A DNA stretch of 64,000 bases, taken from the NCBI GenBank assembly GCA_030770535.1, contig JASVEC010000011.1:1178001-1242000 (forward strand), given 5' to 3'. How positions within the stretch are numbered: position 1 is the stretch's first letter; every line of letters starts with the position of its first letter. The notes beneath the pieces were generated by a model. That model was not told the DNA's origin, did no database searches, and was given only the letters and a program-made list of their open reading frames with translations. The position numbers and the translations under genes are program-made. Origin of the DNA: Batkoa obscura (taxonomy: Eukaryota). Below, in pieces: positions 51,411-64,000 of the stretch.

Positions 51411-54400
51411 ATGAGTAATGAATCTCCAGCATCAATTTCGCCATTCTCGAGTTTAAAACCAAGCAAAGTTGGCACCGATTCAACAACACATTCTCCACCA
51501 TGGTCACTACAGGATTCTAAAAGTAAAAAATCTTCTTTAGATTCTACTTTAAATTATGATATTTTAGATAGAGAAAAAATAGGGTAATGAATTTCATATT
51601 AGAACTCAACATAGTGAATCATAACTCAATGAACTATAAAACTGTTTTAAAGATCTTCAACTAAAAACAATTCATTTTTAGAGAAACTTCAAAAGTACTT
51701 CCACAAGTTCCTAATAATAGTGCATACGACTTTGACCTAAATAATATAGAAGGTAGGGACCTTAAACCTGAAACAACCCCACTTCAAAACTTATTTGGTA
51801 TAAAAAATGAAGCAAATCATACTATAGAAACAAATAATAATATAGCTGATAATGTTCCTAGAATAATAACTTCAACACCAAGCGACCAAAATATCAATAA
51901 TCAACAAGAAATGGAGCAAACTAATGAAGAAAGAAATCAGATGACTGTTCAAACAGCAATAACGAATTTCGAAATGCCATTACCAGCTAGAACAAAATCA
52001 TTGAATAGTAACCCACCGTTATCGCCAGAGCCAGAAAACACACGGATAAGAAAGATATTAGAACTCTTTAAGGGAAAACATTCAGTAAACTCAAAAATAT
52101 TCAAAAGAATTGTAAAGTCATCAATTGCTTTCTTTTTAGCTACTCTATTGGTTATCATAAACCCGGTTCGAGATGTTTTGGGCACCGGTTCCTATACTGC
52201 TGTTATTGCTACTATCATTTTTGATTCATGCAGAACTGTAGGATCACAGTTGGAAAACACGTTATTAGCTTGTATATGCTCTTTAATCGGACTCTTGTTC
52301 TATATGGTGGCTTTTAGCCTTTTTATTTTATTTAATAAGAGTTATGTTGGTAGAGATGATGAAAATGCTGTTGTGTTTGATGGATCTTTTATACTTGCTT
52401 TATTTCTTTATACTTACATTTTCGTATCTGGTTATATTAGAACTAAATTTCCTAAGTTAACTGGGCCTATCACCTTACTCAATATTATTATGACGATTAG
52501 TTTTACTCAAATAGTATTTGGTACAGATACTTTTACGCTTACTACTTTTGGTTTAATTTTATCTCCATCTTTGATAGGTGTAGGTATTAGTACTTTTGTC
52601 AATGTCACTTTATGGCCTGAATCAGCTTCTCAAGATCTTGGTGATTCACTTGTACTTACTTTGGAGTCACTTCATTCAACTTTAAATTTACTTTCAGATA
52701 GTTTTCTTTTAAAAGATGATACTTTAAGTATAACACCTCATGATTTAGAGATACTTCATTCACGTTCAATTACTGCTGTCACTGCATTAGTAAAGGCTGG
52801 TAGAGAAGCAAGATATGAATATGCTTACTCTATTCATCCACCAAATGATTATAAAACATTGATCAATCTATCACTTTTATTACAACAACATTTAGGTGGT
52901 CTTAATTTGGCTGTACAAAGACAAAGACAATTACTTGGCCTGAGGAAAACAGATAGTGAAGATATTAGTCCAGTAACTACAAGAAGTAATTCACCTACAG
53001 AGATAAAAGCATTTTCATTACCACCATCCCCATCTGCTCTTAGTTTAAGTAAATTAGGTGGCGAAATTATGCCTATCACTCCTGAGATAGACCCGATACT
53101 AGCAAGGGATTTGATCCACGATATATTACATATCGTAAGCGCACCTTTAGCTAAAATGAGTGAAGTATGCTCTGAAGCTATTGGGTTAGCAAAAGAACTG
53201 TTGATAAATGAAAGTGAAATAAAATCAAAAACGGAAGAAGAAAAACCAAAGCATTGTTGCCATTGTGCAGCTTTAAAAGAGTTTTCAGAAGAAGAATGCC
53301 CACATAATCTTCAAAATGAAAAGAGTAAAAAACCAGAAGATTTAAAAGACATGATTGTTAAATTAAAGGAAGCCACATTAGAATTTGAACTTGCAGAAGG
53401 AAGATGTCTTAAACTGATTCATAAACAAGTGCTTTTTACACCTCATTTACATGCTCCATTTCCAGAACCTATGCTTGTTGTATTTTCAGGCATTTTTTCT
53501 ATTCGAGAGTTTTCTAAGTCTATCACTAATTTTTTGGAAAAAGAAGAAACATTTTTATCATTAAGACCATATATAAGCAAACGATCTGGATTTTTAGGTA
53601 CTGGTCCATCTACTTTATCAAAACAAAAAAGATGGTGGAGGCCAAATATTACATGGGTAAAATGGTTAAAAGGGAATAGATTATCAGAAGATCCTCAACA
53701 ATATGAATCAAATGATACTACCGACAATTCCCTTAAAGATGTTAATTCTCAATATGAGAAAAATAAGAGAGGTAACTAATTATGTTTGCTAGTTTAAACT
53801 TAACTAAATATAAAATAGAAGCTGAAAAGGAAGATGAAGAACATGCAAATGATCCTATAGCGTTACCAGCTCAACGATGGATCAAGCCAGAATATCATAC
53901 AAGGAATGCGTTTAAAAGCGTTTCTAAGCCCAGTAAATTTAAGAAATTAATTATAAGTCTTAAATTTAATATATGGAAAGCATCACAAGCGTTTAACACA
54001 TTTGAAGTGAAATTCGCAGTCAAATTAGTTTTAGTGGTGATTCTACTATCTTTCCCAGCATACGTACCAAAATTTTCATCATATTATACGTCAGTTCGAG
54101 GCCCATGGGGTGCTATTGCAGCTATGTTAATTATGAATCAAACTATTGGAGGTACTTTGAAGTTAGGTATCATTCGTTTAATTGGTACAATCATAGGTGC
54201 TATATGGGGCTATCTAACCTTTTTAGTAAGCAATAATACACAAAATGTTTGTTTAGTTATTGTTATGATTTGGGTTTATGCAGTTCCAAGTTGGTATTTT
54301 ATGGTTACAACAAGCTATTCCAGGATCGGGTTTAATGGATTGATTGCATATGTGGTTATTTTATTTGTAAGCTATAAAAGCACTAAATTAGATGAAGTTT

Positions 54401-55293
54401 TAATTATTGCTCTTCTTCGTACAGCAAGTGTTGTTGTTGGTTTAATTGTATCTATGGTTGTTAGTTCAACTATCTGGCCATTTTCAGCAAGAAGAGAATT
54501 AAGAAAACTAATTGCTTCTTTATTGGCTGATATGGGTATGAGTTTTGGTAAAGTAGCAGCATTATGTATGTCATCTAATACAACTACTGAATGGAAAGAA
54601 TTACAATCTCAAATTAATTTATGTAATCGAAAGTTGCAAAAACGAATACTTTCAGCTAAAAGTTTACATTTATTTGCACTAGATGAACCTAGACTTAAAG
54701 GCCCATTTCAAGCACCAGTTTATTCCGAGCAGATTCGTATTTTACAAGATGTTTTAGATCAACTTGTTGCTATGACTGGAGCTGTATCTCAACTCACTCC
54801 TGATGTTCAAAAAACAGTCATTTTTCCATTTAATTCTTATCGTAAATTTATGGTCTCTTCAGTTATTTTATATTTTTATGTGCTCTCTGGGGCTTTGCGT
54901 TCTAAAATGCCATTACCACCTTATCCTCCTCCAATCCATGCTATACGTTATCAATTGATGTTAAAAACTAGATCTGCATTGGTAAAGAAGTTCAAAAAGA
55001 ATAGTTACAATACTCTACCACTACATAAATCAATATTAGAACGTTCCGATGAATTTAGAAATGAGGCTGTTGGGTCTCATTTAGAGTTAAATACTACGCT
55101 TAGTTTTGATCAAAAAAATCTACATGAAGAATTTAATCATATATATTGGTATACATATATGGCCGGAGTAGCACGGTTGTTTGAGGGTGTCGAGTTGTTG
55201 GGGCATAATATTGCTGGGTTAGTGGGAGAGACTTCAATACCAGTTAAAGAGCATATAGTTACTTTTCCAGATGATGATGAAGATGATGATTAA
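51411..55293 (+). CDS. FUSC/ArAE transporter, tandem copy 2; exons 51411-51583, 51682-53771, 53819-55293
   Basis: Same exon-1 length (173 nt) and intron phases as copy 1; long identical tracts. Confidence 0.85.
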
Positions 55294-56030
55294 GATTACT
55301 TGTAGTTAGTTTTATTATTGGTTTTATTAACTTATTAGTTTTTATTTGTATTAATAAAACGAATAATATGTTTGAAATATTTTTATATTTTTCATAATCT
55401 ATAGATAAGTATCAAAACTTTTACTTTTATGATTTATAGCTTTTGTTTTTGATTATTTGATATTAATATAATTACACGGGGCTGATGTGGTCCCTATGGG
55501 TGTTTCCTGAGTTAAAATATTGGATTGTGTAATGAAAAATCACGCTTAATTAACTGGCTATAAGTTAATAGATCTTAGTTCATATAACTAAAATAAGTTT
55601 AAAATATAAAAAATAATATGTAATAAGTTATGAAATATGTAAAACTAATAAAATAAATTATATAATTATATAGTTTATATAAAAAACTTAATAATTTTAT
55701 AATTAATTTTAAAAAAGGAGTTATTATATTAAAAAGTTTTTTATATTTTATACCAAAATATTACATATATATGTATGTAATAACTGTTATAATTTTATGT
55801 TATAACTATTAAATATAAAAATAAAGATATAAAAATAATAAAAAACTTTATAATAAACCTAAATAAAAAAACTTTAGATTAATTATATATAAATTTAAAA
55901 ACACACTTAATTTTAATAGTATAAGCATTTAAATTTAATTAACTATTAAACTGATAAAATAATATTTTATAACTAATATTTTAAATAGTATACTAAACTT
56001 TATTATAAATCATTATAAAATTAAATATAC

Positions 56031-56124
56031 AAAGATATATTTTTTTGTTTAAAAATTTTATTGACAATTTTTATTTAAATAATACTTAAAAATAAAAATC
56101 AATAAAATCAAAAAAAACATTTTT
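56031..56124 (+). mobile_element. MITE family A, copy 10 (heavily C->T/G->A mutated)
   Basis: AAAGATATAT...AAACATTTTT is the consensus GGGGATGTAT...AAACATCCCC after transitions; flanks ATAC/ATAT. Confidence 0.75.
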
Positions 56125-56851
56125 ATATATTTTTTAATACTTTTGGTTTTGAAAATAAATAAATTACATTATTAAACAGGTATTAATATTTTATGTTTTT
56201 TTTAACGTGTTTTTTTTTAGTTTATTCAAAAAAAATTATATATTAATAATGTTTAATATTAAAATAAAACCAAAAAAATAACATTTCAGTATTTATTTTA
56301 TATATATTTATCATTTATAAATGCTTTACAATTAATATAAAAATTTATAAAAAAAATAAATATGATTTTTTATTATACAGCCTAATGTATGTTAATAAAA
56401 CAAATATTAAGACATAAAAACTCATGTTTAAATTTAGCTTTATCTAAATAGTTGTTTTATACATTTTATTTTATGAGAAATAATAAATATTTGAAAGTAA
56501 TAATGTTTTTCTTAAGCTTGTATTCAAAACTAGTCCAGACTTATATAGATTTTTATTTAAAAATAAAATATACAAAACAATTTATTATAAAATATATAAT
56601 TTGTATATGTAAATAGTTTTTTACTAAGCAGTTAGTTTACTGACACTGAGTCTAGCTTTAGGTAATGATATTTTTAACATTTGGATATAAGTTTACCATT
56701 TAAAGTCCCAGATTTATTTTATAATCCAACTAGGTTGTTTATGTCAATTTTTGAATTTATCAGGCTTTTACTGTTAGAGTTACAACTTATCTCGAATGTT
56801 TATAGACATCATGTCAACCCTCCATCTAGTTGATAAAACTATTTATTATAT

Positions 56852-56947
56852 GAGGGTGTTTTTTTTTGCTTCACTTTTTCTATCTTTTAAGCGCTATTTG
56901 AGTGGGAAAACTGTTAGTAAAATCCTTAAACACAAAAAAACAGCCCT
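56852..56947 (-). mobile_element. MITE family A, copy 11
   Basis: GAGGGTGT...TTAAGCGCTATTTGAGTGG...GTTAGTAAAAT...ACAGCCCT, ATAT on both sides. Confidence 0.85.
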
Positions 56948-57611
56948 ATATAATGAATGTTTAATGTCTTTTGATATTTTGTTTTTAAGCATCTAGTATA
57001 GGATTTTCACCCTATCACAGCCATCTTAAATAAATTTATAATAAGTGAAGACGAAAGCAAATAAAATATAAAATGTTGGTATAGAACTAATCATTTTATT
57101 GTTAGAATATACTAGTTTTGTTTACAATATTTAAAATTTTGGTCACTTTATTTTTTTATTGTCAAAGATAATTTCAGTAATTTAAAATTGTCTTTTGAGA
57201 CAGATATAGTGTGGCGAAAATTCTGTAATTAGATGCCAATAAGATCTTTAAAACTTGTAAATTTGCTTTCCTTCACCAACAATCTGTCACTTAGTGGCGA
57301 ATAATGTTTGCCACTAAGTAATGAAAATGGTATGCTTCTGTATTCTAAAACATCAAACGTTTTGGCGATGTGCAAAATAAATTTAGTCTTAGTAATACAG
57401 AATATAAAATGAAATAAACCAATCACTTAATTCCACTTTTGACAAAATTAAAAACTTAACATAAATTGAAGCCAATAATAGCCTCCCAGAGGATTGTGAA
57501 GAACTAAAAGGATCAAGGTTAATTGGCTATTCATAAGGCTAAAAGGAAAACAATTTAAGGTGAAAAATAGAGATTTAATCTAAATAATCAAAATTGTCAA
57601 TAAAATATAAA

Positions 57612-58834
57612 ATGGAGGTAAATAAAGACGAAGCAATAAGATGTTTAGCCATTGCCAAAAAGAAAGAGCAACAAGGAGATTATTCTTCAGCATTAAAGTT
57701 TTGTCGTAAATCCATCGCTTTATTTCCAACCGACCAAGCCGAACAATATTTGAAAATTATTGAGCCAAAAAGTAAAGAAAGTCCAGAAAAAGTGAAAGTG
57801 GAAATTAAACAAGAAAAGGAAAGTGTAAAAATGAGCAATAGCAATTCAAGCAGTAGAGCTTATACAAAAGAGCAAGTGGAAGAAGTTATTGAAATCAAAC
57901 GAAATTCAGGAGATTTTTATAAGATACTCAGGATAACTAAAGAAGCCACTGAAAACGAAATTAAAAAGGCATATAAAAAAGTAAGGAACTTTTCTTTACC
58001 TGAGTTATAATTCATCTTGTTATTAGTTAGCTTTAAAATTCCATCCAGATAAAAATAGCGCCCCAGGAGCAGATGAGGCTTTTAAACGTAATATTATTTA
58101 AAAAACAGTTGGAATAAATGCTTAAATCTTTTATAGTTGTTAGCAAAGCGTTTTCAGTACTATCAGATCCTGACAAGAAATCAGCCTATGATAGATACGG
58201 TGGAGATCCTGAGCAACGTAGTTCCGGACCACAATATAATCCAGGATTTAGGTATCAAGAAGAAGTAAGCCCTGAAGAGTTATTTAATATGTTCTTTGGG
58301 GCTTCAAATTTTGGTCCTGGGTTTCATAGTACATTTGTGGGACCAGATGGACGTCAATATATGCGTAGAAATCGTCAACAACCTAGAGCTAATACTACTC
58401 AATTTGAAACCAATTTTAACCTTATTCAGTTACTTCCCATTCTTTTATTACTAGTTTTTTCACTCTTTTCAACTTTATTTACACCAGCTAACTTAAGAGA
58501 GCCTGATTACACATTTGAAAGGGCACCTAAGTTTACTAAAAGTTATAATACTCAATCGAGGGGAATTACTTATTACGCTGATCCTAAAGAGATGCTTACC
58601 TTTAAATCTAAGGCAAATAAGCAGAGGTTTAGTCAATTTGAAAGGGATGTGGAATCATATTATGTCAGATCAGTTTATCAACAATGTATTAACCAGAGGG
58701 ATAGATTAAATAGTGAGATTGCTGAAGCAACTGGTTGGTTTGGTTGGAATAGAAATGAAAAAAGGCTGAAAGAATTAAAAAACAGACGATTACCAAAATG
58801 TGATGAATATCGAAGACTTACCGGGCAACTTTAA
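57612..58834 (+). CDS. HLJ1: ER membrane J-protein, Hlj1/DNAJB12-14 type (2 introns)
   Basis: MEVNKDEAIRCL N-terminus; J domain with HPDKN; single TM; DUF1977-like C-terminus. Confidence 0.9.
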
Positions 58835-59424
58835 AATCGTGCTTTTAAAAAATGTTAGATTATCTCCTTTTACTTTAATATAATCTCTTTTTATTTTCCT
58901 CATATTATAATCTATGCTATTCTTTAATTATTTGTTTATTTGGTATGTTTTTAAAAAATAATCAGATTTATCCAAGTAAGTGTCTTTTAGAATAAATTTA
59001 GGAGTATTAAGTATAATTAGGTTTATTATTTAAATATCATGAGTTATATGAAGCAATTAAATAAGTATATTTTGGTAATAAATAGGCTCTCATAGTTAAC
59101 CTCTAATTTGAAAGCATTTAAAGTTAAAATTACATATAATAAATATATGTTTATTTACTTATTTCTATATCAGCATACTTGACTATAGTCTACTTCAAGC
59201 ATCCTCTTTTCAGATATTTTACACGATATATACAACATTGGTTTACTTAATATTATGAATTAACCAAAAGTCGCTAAACCATAAAGTTTTATTTGTGTGT
59301 TGTAAAACATTACAAAAAACTAATCATGAAAGGTGGTGTAGTTTACTACTGTTTATTAAAATAACCATCTCAAAATAAATTTTATAGTGGCATATAAATA
59401 AAAAGTGTTGTACACTTTATAAAA

Positions 59425-59716
59425 TTAATTAAACTTTACATTTTTGATGCCTTCTCCGGAGTAAATTTCTAGTTGTCTTTTGCCCTTTCTCAATAAAAAT
59501 TCAATCGTATTAAAATCTTTATGATCTATATTTTGATATTTATCAAACTGATATCTTGCATATTGTTTAAATGATGCCCTGTTCTCCTATAATTATTTAG
59601 TTACAAATGATTCCTTATAATTTTATACTGTTGTTTACTTCTGGCTTTAATCTTACTGCTCTTAACACAGTACGATATAATGCTAATATTTCTTTTTGTA
59701 AACCCGATTTCTTCAT
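59425..59716 (-). CDS. SDH6: SDH assembly factor 1, LYR-motif protein (1 intron; absent from ORF track)
   Basis: MKKSGLQKEILALYRTVLRAVRLKPE/ENRASFKQYARYQF...KDFNTIEFLLRKGKRQLEIY. Confidence 0.88.
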
Positions 59717-60093
59717 TAAAATTAAAATGAAATTTAAAAAAATTATATTTTGAAAAATAGTTTAATCATTTCTCAATAAAGATGAAATATGATTGGCTAG
59801 TCAAGTATCAATCCGATGCTTGTAGATAATTTGTTTAGACTTTATGAATTCAAATAAAATTCAAACTACTCTGTTGACTCATTTTAAACATAATATGGGC
59901 ATTCAACTTTATATCTTCCAAATACAAAAATAGAAAAAATCTTTACATTGAACTCAGTAAATACAAAATCAAAAATGCCCATTTCGTTTAAATCAAATCA
60001 ATAGTAGAAATTTTTTCAAAAACGATTAGTAATTCTGTAGCTGCGCATTTCAAATATAAATAAACACAAATTGATTATTTTTATAAAATAAAA

Positions 60094-60744
60094 ATGAAAG
60101 CTCCTAGTAAATTGATTGAACATCCAAGAATTAAAGAGCTGAATGAGTTGATTCAAGCTTGTGGTAAATCAACTGTTATTACGACTTATAAGTATAATAA
60201 GCTATATTAGATTCCTTTAATAAAAAGACAAATACAAAGTTAACTCTGCATCAAATAAAAGTCCTTAGTTGCTGTATTCAGGTATAATTTATTATTTGCT
60301 ATTTATTCTCATCTTATTTATTTTTTAGATACCAGAAGGTAATTTGAAAGTACAAGTATAATAGATACGTATTTTAAAATACAAATAGGCAGCTTTAGTA
60401 CTTACGGGGCTATTGCTAGAGCATTAAAGAGTTCACCAAGAGCTGGTAATTCATTTCATTGTTTTTAAAAGCAAACTTTGTAATGTCTTTAAAGTTGGAC
60501 AAGCATTAAGAAATAATCCTTTTGCACCTACAGTACCATGCCATAGAGTTATAACTTCAGATTATAAGATTGGTGGATTTGACGGGTATTTTTGTATAAG
60601 CTAATATTGATTACTTTATTAATCATTTAAAGTCAATGGGGCTCTGGGACAAAGATAGAGACTAAAAAAGAATTATTAACTAAAGAAGGCTTAGTTTTTA
60701 ATGAGAAGTTAGAAACTAAACTTTTCGTCAATTTCAAAGTTTAA
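60094..60744 (+). CDS. MGT1: O6-methylguanine-DNA methyltransferase (5 introns; absent from ORF track)
   Basis: QIPEG..STYGAIARAL.SSPRAVGQAL..NPFAPTVPCHRV..IGGF..K..LL..EG. Confidence 0.92.
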
Positions 60745-61096
60745 CTATTATGGATTTTTTTCAATAAAACATATATATCATCACTATATATACATATTGT
60801 TTTTATACACATCATTACATATACCCTTATATAATAGTAGAATTGAAATAAATAAATTAAAAAATGAAAGTTTATTTACATTTAAATCAACGTCAAATAA
60901 TATCAATTACTTAGTTTTAAACTTGATTTGATTAAAATTGCATCTTTTTTTAACTTAGTTTAATTCTGTGCTTATATCAAAAATAGAATTAAAGCTCATA
61001 TTTACGTCACTTATAATAGAAACAGCAGCATAAAATGATGATTAAAAATCAACTTAACACTATTTGAACGTTAGTTTCCTTTCTTTTTTAAATAAA

Positions 61097-61666
61097 ATGT
61101 TAAATCACCCAATTCGTGTTTATTTAATAACTACTTTACAACATACATTAGCATTAGGATTTACCTATGTATCTTTGATATTCCCTAACTGGTTAGTCTT
61201 TCGAGCACCAGAGCCTCTAGGTTTTCGTACAACTTATGGATTATTTCAAAAATGTTCTATAATAACTAATCACTGCCGACCATTTCCAGATGAAATCCGA
61301 GGAGATTGTAACGAAGAAGGTTTTTGTAGATTATGGTATACTGCAAGGTACACTCAACTTTTTGCTACTATTTTAGGTACTATTACCCTCTTTTTCTTCC
61401 TTTTTATACTTTTTAGTGATGCGCGTAAACAGTACAAAGCTTGGCCTTTAGCTTTAGGTGCTTCTGCTGCTTACACTATATTACAATTAGCTTCGTTCTC
61501 ATCCGTCGCTTACTTGTTTAATAATTCTGCTGAATTCTATATTGGAACTAACTATGATTTTTCTTTTTATTTAAATTTAGCTTCATGGTTACTTTCAGTT
61601 ATTGGAAGTGCAGTAATTTTGGTTTCATTTCCATTTAGGGCTAACGGATATCAAGAAATTAATTAA
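61097..61666 (+). CDS. Four-TM claudin/PMP22-like membrane protein
   Basis: W...YGLFQKC...C extracellular loop, four hydrophobic segments, YDFSFYL motif; ATG at 61097. Confidence 0.75.
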   Translation: MLNHPIRVYLITTLQHTLALGFTYVSLIFPNWLVFRAPEPLGFRTTYGLFQKCSIITNHCRPFPDEIRGDCNEEGFCRLWYTARYTQLFATILGTITLFFFLFILFSDARKQYKAWPLALGASAAYTILQLASFSSVAYLFNNSAEFYIGTNYDFSFYLNLASWLLSVIGSAVILVSFPFRANGYQEIN

Positions 61667-63569
61667 CTATTAGAGCGCAAGTCTTCTATATTATTTATCA
61701 TTCATGAAATAAATATATAAATTTATAACTAGCTTTTTTAATTTAATATTGAATTTGTATATTTATTTGTTTAATATACTTTAAACAGAAAACCTCAAAT
61801 TGTATATCCATTGTTATGGTAAAATTATATTTCAGCCTTAAATCGAGCATAGTATGGAAATATCTTTCCACTTTCTTGTTTTTCCACTCATGTTAGGGTA
61901 AACTTGAAAATTTTACTTAAATGCTAAAATAAAAAAGACATTATATATTATACTATTAAAATTCCAACTCATTTTCTTGATAAAATAACAAATATGAATA
62001 AAAGAACATCTCATGTGTAAAACTTAGCAAACTAAATATTTATAACATCTATTCAGCAATTAAAGTAATAAGTTATATTTATATTATCCTTCAATACTCT
62101 TAACAGCTTCGCAAAATACAAAATAGTGTTTAAGAATTGTAATTACTTTGTAATAAAAGTTTTTGTTTTAATTATCATTTATAAGTTTCATTTAACTATT
62201 ACAAACAGTGTAGATATTTACTAACTCTGAAATTATTGTACTAAAAATATAATATTAACGATTTAGTAAAAATAAAGAAGACGAAATAAATCATTCTTTA
62301 ATGATATAAAATTATTAGTATAATCTATTATTAATAAATTATGTTATGATCTTATAAATAATTTTTAGCGTAATAAAGGAAACAATATAATCATCTAATT
62401 ATACTTGTTTTAAATCTAATTATAATAGTTAAATTTAAAGGTGGTTAAAATTATTATTGTAATTAGTATTTGGTTTACTTTATTTCTCACTATTTTGAAT
62501 AAAGTATTGTTTTCAAATAAAGTTTTAATATCAGTATTATAACAACTCAACTTATTCAAAGTATCTATCATATAAATCTTCTTTAATAATTACTACATAA
62601 AGTATATTATTTTAACAAACCAAATTTTATTATTTAAAATAGAATTAATAGTTAATTTTAAATTAAGCTGTAACAAAAAAGCCATAAGAAAATTTTAAAA
62701 TTTAATTTAATTTAAATAAATCGGCTCGGCTAAAGGAATAATAACGCTTAAGAAGAATGTATAGTAGATCCGTTTTATGCGAATATATATTCAATATATT
62801 TTGCGAAATGTATATTTAATGAACAGCAATAAAAATATAGCTATAAGGAAAGTGGTATAAAGAGTTGTATATTTAGCTGATAATAAAAGTTTCTATTCCA
62901 AACAACTTTTAGTTTGAGTTTGGTAGTTATGAAATATTTTCTAGATTAAATAACAAATTTAAAATATAAAAAAATGATTTCATAATGAAATCACTCTTAC
63001 TAGGAATCTAGAAACGTTGAAATTTAAAAATAAAAATGAGTCAAATAAAGTTAAATCTAGTTAATAATTTAATGAAGATTTACTTCATTTAATATTTTAT
63101 ATGATTTATATCAAACAACTGAGCTCCAATATTGATAGTAGCAATGATGAAAAATTAAAGATAATTGAAAATATAAACGCAAATAATCCTAGGTCTGATT
63201 AAAGTATTACCGCTAAAACTGTTCCAGCCAATAAAAAACCTTGGTATAAGACCAACTTTAAACATAAACTGACCAGTTAAATTTGGAATCTTAAATTAAC
63301 ACTATTATTATAGATGTTTGCTAATTGACAATTGTTCATGTAAGAATGACCAATAAATTTTTTTGGGATGCCCAATCAAAAAGATATAATGACAAATTTA
63401 AGTAGAGAACTCCCAAATATAGTAATCAAAAATTGGATTGGTAATCAAGGTGTAATTTTGTTATGATTGAACTCAGCAAATATTATAAATATAAAAGCAG
63501 AGACATGAATTTAGGATAAATTTAATTATTGGAAATTTCCAAACATTTTTAAATCATTCAAATATTCAA

Positions 63570-64000
63570 ATGTTTGATAGTCTTCGTTCTATATTAAAAG
63601 GTTCTCCAACTAAATCAAAGTTTGACAACATACACATGAATCAATTACCTGATCATATAGCTGAACAGCTAAAGAAATCGAAAGTTAAGCAGTTTGAATC
63701 TGTCCCTTACTTACATTTCCTTAATAAGCTTGGAGAGTAAGTATTATAATTAAATCTAACAACTAAAGACTTATATTTTATTTAGTGGTGCTTTTAGCAA
63801 TGTCTATAGAGCTTATGACTCTCTTTTAGAAAAAGAGGTAGCTGTAAAGGTAGTAGATAAGCTTCACTTAAGCCCTAGTCAACGTAATTTTGTACATAAA
63901 GAAGTAGCCATTCTTAGAGCTTGTAATCATCCTAATATTGTTAAGCTACATCACTTCCATGAAGACAAATACTATTATATGGTCTCTTTAGAATTAGTCA
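63570..64000 (+). CDS. CaMK-group Ser/Thr kinase (Rck2/Srk1-like), 5' part
   Basis: KLG./GAFSNVYRA...VAVKVV...KEVAILRACNHPNIVKL; one intron; runs off window end. Confidence 0.85.

Noticed and set aside
57289..57319. 13-bp-arm hairpin ACTTAGTGGCGAA/TTTGCCACTAAGT upstream of HLJ1
   Set aside because: Single short instance with no Helitron-type CTRR end or other support
62680..63420. Possible decayed TE coding sequence before the kinase
   Set aside because: No recognisable motif or termini

Overview
Very AT-rich eukaryotic DNA with many short (~45-60 nt) GT-AG introns. Zn2Cys6 factors together with a methylmalonyl-CoA epimerase point to an early-diverging fungus; Entomophthoromycotina/Conidiobolus-like is my inference only. 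The first ~17.5 kb is an expanded cluster of intronless Zn(II)2Cys6 transcription-factor paralogues (three complete, one cut by the window edge, one pseudogene), plus a TF-like gene lacking the zinc cluster and an adenylate-kinase-like gene. Housekeeping genes follow: TPI1, RRP43, RPC19, NDUFS8, MOT1, PRS, SEC1-like, EAF7, an AKR7-like reductase, MCEE, transketolase, HLJ1, SDH6, MGT1, a claudin-like protein and a partial CaMK-type kinase. A tandem pair of FUSC/ArAE-type transporters shows mosaic sequence identity. The main unannotated signal is a ~95-99 bp MITE family (12 copies; GGGGATGT...ACATCCCC termini; 4-bp AT-rich target-site duplications). One copy interrupts the TF pseudogene and another interrupts a decayed Sola2-like transposase. 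Two copies lying in ultra-AT-rich islands carry almost only C->T/G->A changes, suggesting RIP-like or methylation-driven genome defence. All alignments were done by eye and no database searches were run.
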